A stretch of 64,000 nt of DNA, taken from Waddliaceae bacterium. GTDB taxonomy: Bacteria; Chlamydiota; Chlamydiia; Chlamydiales; Waddliaceae. Below are positions 59,479 through 64,000 of the stretch, piece by piece (position 1 is the first letter of the stretch; each line of letters starts with the position of its first letter). The position numbers were made by a program, and so were the translations under genes. The notes beneath the pieces were generated by a model. It saw only the letters and a list, made by a program, of their open reading frames with translations. It had not been told where the DNA came from and did no database searches. The stretch lies in NCBI GenBank assembly GCA_963724325.1, contig CAVRUH010000007.1:224001-288000 (forward strand), given 5' to 3'.

Positions 59479-62400
59479 TATTCCTTCTCACGAATTTTAC
59501 TGAAGTCTAGCAATTTGGCAAACAATCCAAAAACTTGCTGAAGCAGCGCAATGCGGTTATTCCGTATCTTCGGATCATCTGCCAAGATGCGTACATGATC
59601 AAACAGAGAATTCAATTTTGGTTGAATATCAGCGATCAACTGATAGGCTTGGTCATAATGATGCGTCTGGAGAGCTTGATCGAATGCAGGTTGATTCGCA
59701 CTAAACTGAGTAAAGAGATCCTGTTCGGCCTTTTCCACTAAAAGGTCTTTTGAAAGTAGTTGCATTTCCATGTTGTCAGTCTGACCTTTTGCTCGCTTAA
59801 ATACCTCATACAAGGAAGCAAATTGGGAACTTTCATTGCGGAACTTATTCAATGCTTGCACCTTGCAGAATGCATCATACAAATCTGTGAAACCATAAGA
59901 TACACTAGCCTCAATTTCATCGTGTTTAAAGCCAAAATCTTGGAAAACAGTCTTAATCCGATTTACAAAAAACTCTTCTATTTCTTTCACATCAACTTTT
60001 CCTGGAATATGCGCAGCACATGCTTTAAAGGTCTCCAATAATGGCAAGCGAAGCTTTTGGGTGATCAATATTTTGATAATACCCAGTGCTTGACGTCTTA
60101 ATGCATAAGGATCACTAGAAGATGATGGCTTTAATCCTGCCGCGAAACAGCAAAGAAGGTTGTCCATTTTGTTTGCAAGGCTTAATAGGATCCCTGTTTC
60201 TGTTTTAGGCAAGGGCGCATTTTCTCCTCGAGGCATCCATTGCTCCTCAATGGCCTGCGCCACTTCGGGGTCTTCTCCCTGTTCCAAAGCATAGTATTTT
60301 CCGATGGTCCCTTGAAGTTCTGGGAACTCATATACCATTTCACTTGCTAAATCAGCTTGAGACAAATGTGCTGCTCTTAAAGCTTTCTTTCTGTCGCTTA
60401 TGCCAAGGGCATGTTGCAGAACTTCTATGTGTTTCTCTAGGCGCAATACTTTATCGTTCAAACTGCCATAGCCGGCAAGATAGGTCACTTCTTTTAATTT
60501 TTCATTAAACTGTTCAAGCTTGTGTTTTTTGCCCTTTTCGTAAAGGAATACTCCATCATTGAGTCTAGCCGATAGGACTTTCTGATTTCCTTCGCGAATT
60601 TTGTCTGAGGGAGTATTATTAGCTGTGATGACAAATCGGTTCATAAGTGTACCATCGTGGTGCATCACAGGGAAGTATTTTTGGTGTTCGACCATTTCGG
60701 ATATCAATACCTCTTTCGGAGCCTTTAAATATGCTGGATCAAAAGTTGCCGAAGTGAGCTGAGGCCACTCTACAAGATCTACTACTTGAGGTAGAACTCT
60801 TTCGCGCAAATTAATTACTCCATCCAATTCTTTTTCCAATCCATCAAGCTGCTCAATGATTCTATTCCAACGTTCTTCGCGATCGGCCATAACGTGATGT
60901 TTTTTCAGGGATACGATATAATCTTTAGGTGTATGAATCGGGAATTGGACTGGATTCAATTGACGGTGCCCCATGGAATTATTTCCTGATTGAATAGTAC
61001 CAACAATAAAGGGGAGTACCTTCTTGCCAATGAGGGCGATAATCCACTGGAGAGGTCTTGCGTATGTGATGTCAAGCGTTGACCACTTCATTTTCTTGGG
61101 GAATTCCAAATTCAGAATAATGCCGGGAAGCTGTTCAGCAAGAATTTCTGCCGTCGAGCGCTTTGGAGTTTTTATCGTAACGAATATATATTCAGAATCT
61201 TTGAGTTGACGCAGAGAAATTGCAGAATTTTTTCCATCTTTAATATCTTTTAAGGGTATAGGTTCGATGCCTACAGAACGGAAGAATCCCTCACCAGGAC
61301 CAGTAATTTTTCCATTTACATCGAAAGCTTTGTCAATTGAAGGACCTCGCTTTTCAGTTGATTGCTCAGGGATCCACATAGCCAGGTCTGTGATGATCAG
61401 GGCAAGTCTTCTTGGAGTTGCATAACTTGAGATAGATCCGTAAGCGATTCCCTCTTTTTCAAGAAGCTGTAAGACCTTTTTTTCTAAATTTTTACTCCCG
61501 ATAGGAACAAATATTGCAGGAAGCTCCTCCGAACCTACTTCCAGTAAGAAATCTTCTTTGGCATCTGAAGCAGTATTTAGAAGTTCTTGAGGTATGTTTG
61601 CAAGATGAACCGGAATATGAGGGCGAGAGGGGAATCGTTCAAGCAAAGGAAAGCCGATTTTTTCACGGCTTGCGATATATGATTCTGCAATTTGTTTTGC
61701 CAGATCCCGAATTCGCCCGATGTAGCCAGTTCGTTCGGAAACGGAAATCGCTCCTCTAGCATCCAAAATATTGAATGCATGTGAGGCCTTCATGACAAAT
61801 TCATAAGCGGGCAGGGGAAGGTGATGAGAAATCAGTTTTTGAGATTCTTTTTCATAGTCGTTAAAGTGACGAAACCACATTTCTGTTGAGGCCTGTTCGA
61901 AGTTATAATGACTGAATTCGACTTCATTGCGAAGGTATATGTCGCCGTAGGTAAGATATTCGTTCCATTTCAAATCGAAGATGCTATTTACCCCCTGCAG
62001 GTACATGGCGAGCCTTTCTATACCATAAGTGAGCTCTCCAGTGATCGGTTTTAACACTTGGGAACCCACACTTTGGAAGTAGGTGTATTGAGTGACTTCC
62101 ATCCCGTCCATCCAAACTTCCCAGCCAAGTCCCCACGCGCCTATAGTTGGATTTTCCCAATCGTCGTGAACAAATCGAATGTCATGCTTGGTCAGATCGA
62201 TTCCAAGAGCTCGCAGTGAATCTAAATATAATTCTTGCATATCAGAAGGAGATGGTTTCAAAATTACTTGGTATTGGAAGTAGTGTTGTAATCTATTTGG
62301 ATTTGTTCCATAACGTCCATCAGCTGGACGGCGACATGGTTCGATATATGCAGCTGAGTAGGGCTCAGGTCCAAGGCAACGTAAAAATGTTGCAGGATTC

Positions 62401-62531
62401 ATTGTTCCAGCGCCAATCTCCAAGTCGTAGCCTTGATGGATGATGCATCCCTTTTCTTCCCAATATTTCGATAACCTTCTTAGTATTTCCTGAAATGTGA
62501 TCACGTCTCTACCTGCCTTTTGTGTTGACAT
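59478..62531 (-). CDS. glyQS: Fused glycyl-tRNA synthetase alpha-beta
   Basis: Alpha motifs ([25 protein letters not shown]) in frame with beta motifs ([26 protein letters not shown]); this fusion is typical of chlamydiae. Confidence 0.97.
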   Translation of the reverse strand: MSTQKAGRDVITFQEILRRLSKYWEEKGCIIHQGYDLEIGAGTMNPATFLRCLGPEPYSAAYIEPCRRPADGRYGTNPNRLQHYFQYQVILKPSPSDMQELYLDSLRALGIDLTKHDIRFVHDDWENPTIGAWGLGWEVWMDGMEVTQYTYFQSVGSQVLKPITGELTYGIERLAMYLQGVNSIFDLKWNEYLTYGDIYLRNEVEFSHYNFEQASTEMWFRHFNDYEKESQKLISHHLPLPAYEFVMKASHAFNILDARGAISVSERTGYIGRIRDLAKQIAESYIASREKIGFPLLERFPSRPHIPVHLANIPQELLNTASDAKEDFLLEVGSEELPAIFVPIGSKNLEKKVLQLLEKEGIAYGSISSYATPRRLALIITDLAMWIPEQSTEKRGPSIDKAFDVNGKITGPGEGFFRSVGIEPIPLKDIKDGKNSAISLRQLKDSEYIFVTIKTPKRSTAEILAEQLPGIILNLEFPKKMKWSTLDITYARPLQWIIALIGKKVLPFIVGTIQSGNNSMGHRQLNPVQFPIHTPKDYIVSLKKHHVMADREERWNRIIEQLDGLEKELDGVINLRERVLPQVVDLVEWPQLTSATFDPAYLKAPKEVLISEMVEHQKYFPVMHHDGTLMNRFVITANNTPSDKIREGNQKVLSARLNDGVFLYEKGKKHKLEQFNEKLKEVTYLAGYGSLNDKVLRLEKHIEVLQHALGISDRKKALRAAHLSQADLASEMVYEFPELQGTIGKYYALEQGEDPEVAQAIEEQWMPRGENAPLPKTETGILLSLANKMDNLLCCFAAGLKPSSSSDPYALRRQALGIIKILITQKLRLPLLETFKACAAHIPGKVDVKEIEEFFVNRIKTVFQDFGFKHDEIEASVSYGFTDLYDAFCKVQALNKFRNESSQFASLYEVFKRAKGQTDNMEMQLLSKDLLVEKAEQDLFTQFSANQPAFDQALQTHHYDQAYQLIADIQPKLNSLFDHVRILADDPKIRNNRIALLQQVFGLFAKLLDFSKIREKE

Positions 62532-62617
62532 CCATTATCAACATCTAGGCATCATAGTTCAACCAAAAAAAGATGTAGTGAAATAATTTACCGTGCCGTG
62601 AGGAACGGCACGTTGCA

Positions 62618-62809
62618 TTAGAGAGGGTAGTTGCCTGGATCGCAGCAGGTATTGCTCCAAAAGTGAGGTTTTGGGCAGCAATGGGTCAATCTAGGTTCGA
62701 GTTTTCTTTGTTCGCAGCATTCCGTGCGTTCGCAGCAGTTGAAACTGGCGCAGCTTGATAGTGCCATCGCAAAAAGAGATAGAGTTAGGATCGATTTTAA
62801 TGATTTCAT
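62618..62809 (-). CDS. Small Cys-rich lipoprotein (63 aa)
   Basis: Signal peptide with LSSC lipobox, several CC pairs; GGAGG RBS. Confidence 0.75.
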   Translation of the reverse strand: MKSLKSILTLSLFAMALSSCASFNCCERTECCEQRKLEPRLTHCCPKPHFWSNTCCDPGNYPL

Positions 62810-62835
62810 GAATTCCTCCAGAAAAACGTTATGAT

Positions 62836-62866
62836 AAAAAAAAGACCGGAAGTAAAACTTCCGGTC
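62836..62866 (-). terminator. Rho-independent terminator
   Basis: gaccggaagt/acttccggtc stem followed on the minus strand by a T8 run. Confidence 0.8.
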
Positions 62867-62886
62867 ATACCATTGAAGGTATTATA

Positions 62887-63063
62887 TTAGTTGCAGCAAG
62901 GTTTTGGTGCACAAGGTGCTGGACAACAGGGCTTTGGACAGCAAGGCTTTGGGCAGCATGGGGTTGGGCATGGTGCACAAGGGCTGCAAGAATCTTGGCA
63001 GCAGCAGCTTGTTAAAACGAATGCTGTAGCACATAGTGCAAATAATGATGCAAATCTTGACAT
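62887..63063 (-). CDS. OmcA-like small Cys/Pro-rich outer-membrane lipoprotein (58 aa)
   Basis: MSRFASLFALCATAFVLTSCCC lipobox; PCCPK repeats; AAGGAG RBS. Confidence 0.8.
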   Translation of the reverse strand: MSRFASLFALCATAFVLTSCCCQDSCSPCAPCPTPCCPKPCCPKPCCPAPCAPKPCCN

Positions 63064-63248
63064 GATAGTCTCCTTTTGTGTTTGTTGTTGTTTATATAAA
63101 ACCTCTTTTAAGGCTTTAGCTATCCTAAATACGTCTTTTCGAATAATTCTTCCACAAAAATTTTCCCATAGACCCAACTTTTTTGCATAGTTACCACACA
63201 AATATTTGATATTAAAGCATTTATAAATAAATGAACAAAGTGTCAAAC

Positions 63249-63366
63249 TCGCATTTCATAGAACTTTCTTCAACGCAAAGGAGCAAAAGGCGTTAGAGTA
63301 GAGACGGGCTAAACACCCGTCTCTACTCTAACGCCTTTGCGTTGAAGAAAGTTCTATGAAATGCGA
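63249..63366. repeat. Family B palindrome with a GTAG-type REP in its loop
   Basis: Outer arms tcgcatttcatagaactttcttcaacgcaaagg / cctttgcgttgaagaaagttctatgaaatgcga; inner GTAGAGACGGG-ctaaaca-CCCGTCTCTAC (63298-63326). Confidence 0.85.
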
Positions 63367-63377
63367 TTCCAGCCTTT

Positions 63378-64000
63378 TTACATCTTGAGCTTGCCGGCCC
63401 AGCCGAGCTTGGTGCGCAGTGTCGAATAGTAGTCGTGATTGGGCAGAGTGACCATCCGAAAGAGCCGCTTCGAAGGACGGATGTGATAAATCTCATCAGT
63501 ATTTATTTGAAAGGTAGAAAATCCGTCTGAAGTGACCTCAATATTCTGATTTTGCGATAAATATTGCACCTGGATTTCCTTCTTTGGCATCAAAACAATT
63601 GGCCTGTTGGATATAGTATGAGGGCATATTGGTGTAAGAACAATGGCATTAAGTTCAGAAGTTAAAATCGGACCTCCTGCTGCAAGAGAATAGGCTGTAG
63701 AGCCATTGGGAGTTGCAAAAATGATGCCGTCAGCGTTAAATGTGTTTAAATAATATCCATCAACATGGATAGCGATGTCAATGAGCCTCAAATTTTTGGC
63801 TCGGTGAAAAACAATCTCATTGACGGCGAAGCATTTTTCATGGTGCGAGGTTTCTCCTTCCATCGTAAAACGACTTTCAATTCCGAAATTGCCTTTCAAA
63901 AGCTGGTCTAGGGAAGGATATGTGTCTTTCACTTGCACCTCAGCCATAAAACCCAAGCTTCCCATATTGATTCCTAAAATAGGAGCATCTACTTCTAAAT
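63378..64000 (-). CDS. nadK: NAD kinase, 5' end outside the window
   Basis: PILGINMGSLGF, AVNE, ADGIIFATPNGSTAYSLAAGGP, TPICPH. Confidence 0.93.
   Translation of the reverse strand, partial: LEVDAPILGINMGSLGFMAEVQVKDTYPSLDQLLKGNFGIESRFTMEGETSHHEKCFAVNEIVFHRAKNLRLIDIAIHVDGYYLNTFNADGIIFATPNGSTAYSLAAGGPILTSELNAIVLTPICPHTISNRPIVLMPKKEIQVQYLSQNQNIEVTSDGFSTFQINTDEIYHIRPSKRLFRMVTLPNHDYYSTLRTKLGWAGKLKM

Noticed and set aside
62891..63190. Plus-strand QQGFG-repeat ORF
   Set aside because: Antisense shadow of the Cys/Pro-rich lipoprotein, which has an RBS, lipobox and terminator.

Overview
This 64-kb window most likely comes from an environmental chlamydia (Chlamydiota, Parachlamydiales-like). The evidence is a fused glyQS, an FHA/BON SctD, three SycD/LcrH chaperones, OmcA-like Cys-rich lipoproteins and eukaryote-like effectors. 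It holds housekeeping genes (kbl, dnaN, recF, ppa, tdh, acpS, rlmH, smpB, glyQS, nadK), a T3SS translocon/chaperone cluster (18.7-32.8 kb), a phosphorelay cluster (40.5-46.3 kb), an effector-like cluster (46.7-57.4 kb) and several interleaved families of intergenic palindromic (REP/REPIN-like) repeats. The most striking feature is a 1824-bp minimal mobile element present twice (6245-8068 and 33358-35181). It encodes a large serine recombinase (LSR), has 23-bp inverted ends and is flanked by a duplicated TG. Both copies sit at the same base of the same dispersed REP-like repeat, which therefore acts as a multi-copy attB. The LSR gene has no stop codon inside the element. Integrated copies borrow host-derived C-termini (534 and 550 aa), whereas the predicted 1826-bp excised circle would be a single ORF (609 aa) whose stop overlaps its own start. 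All calls were made by eye; no database searches were run.
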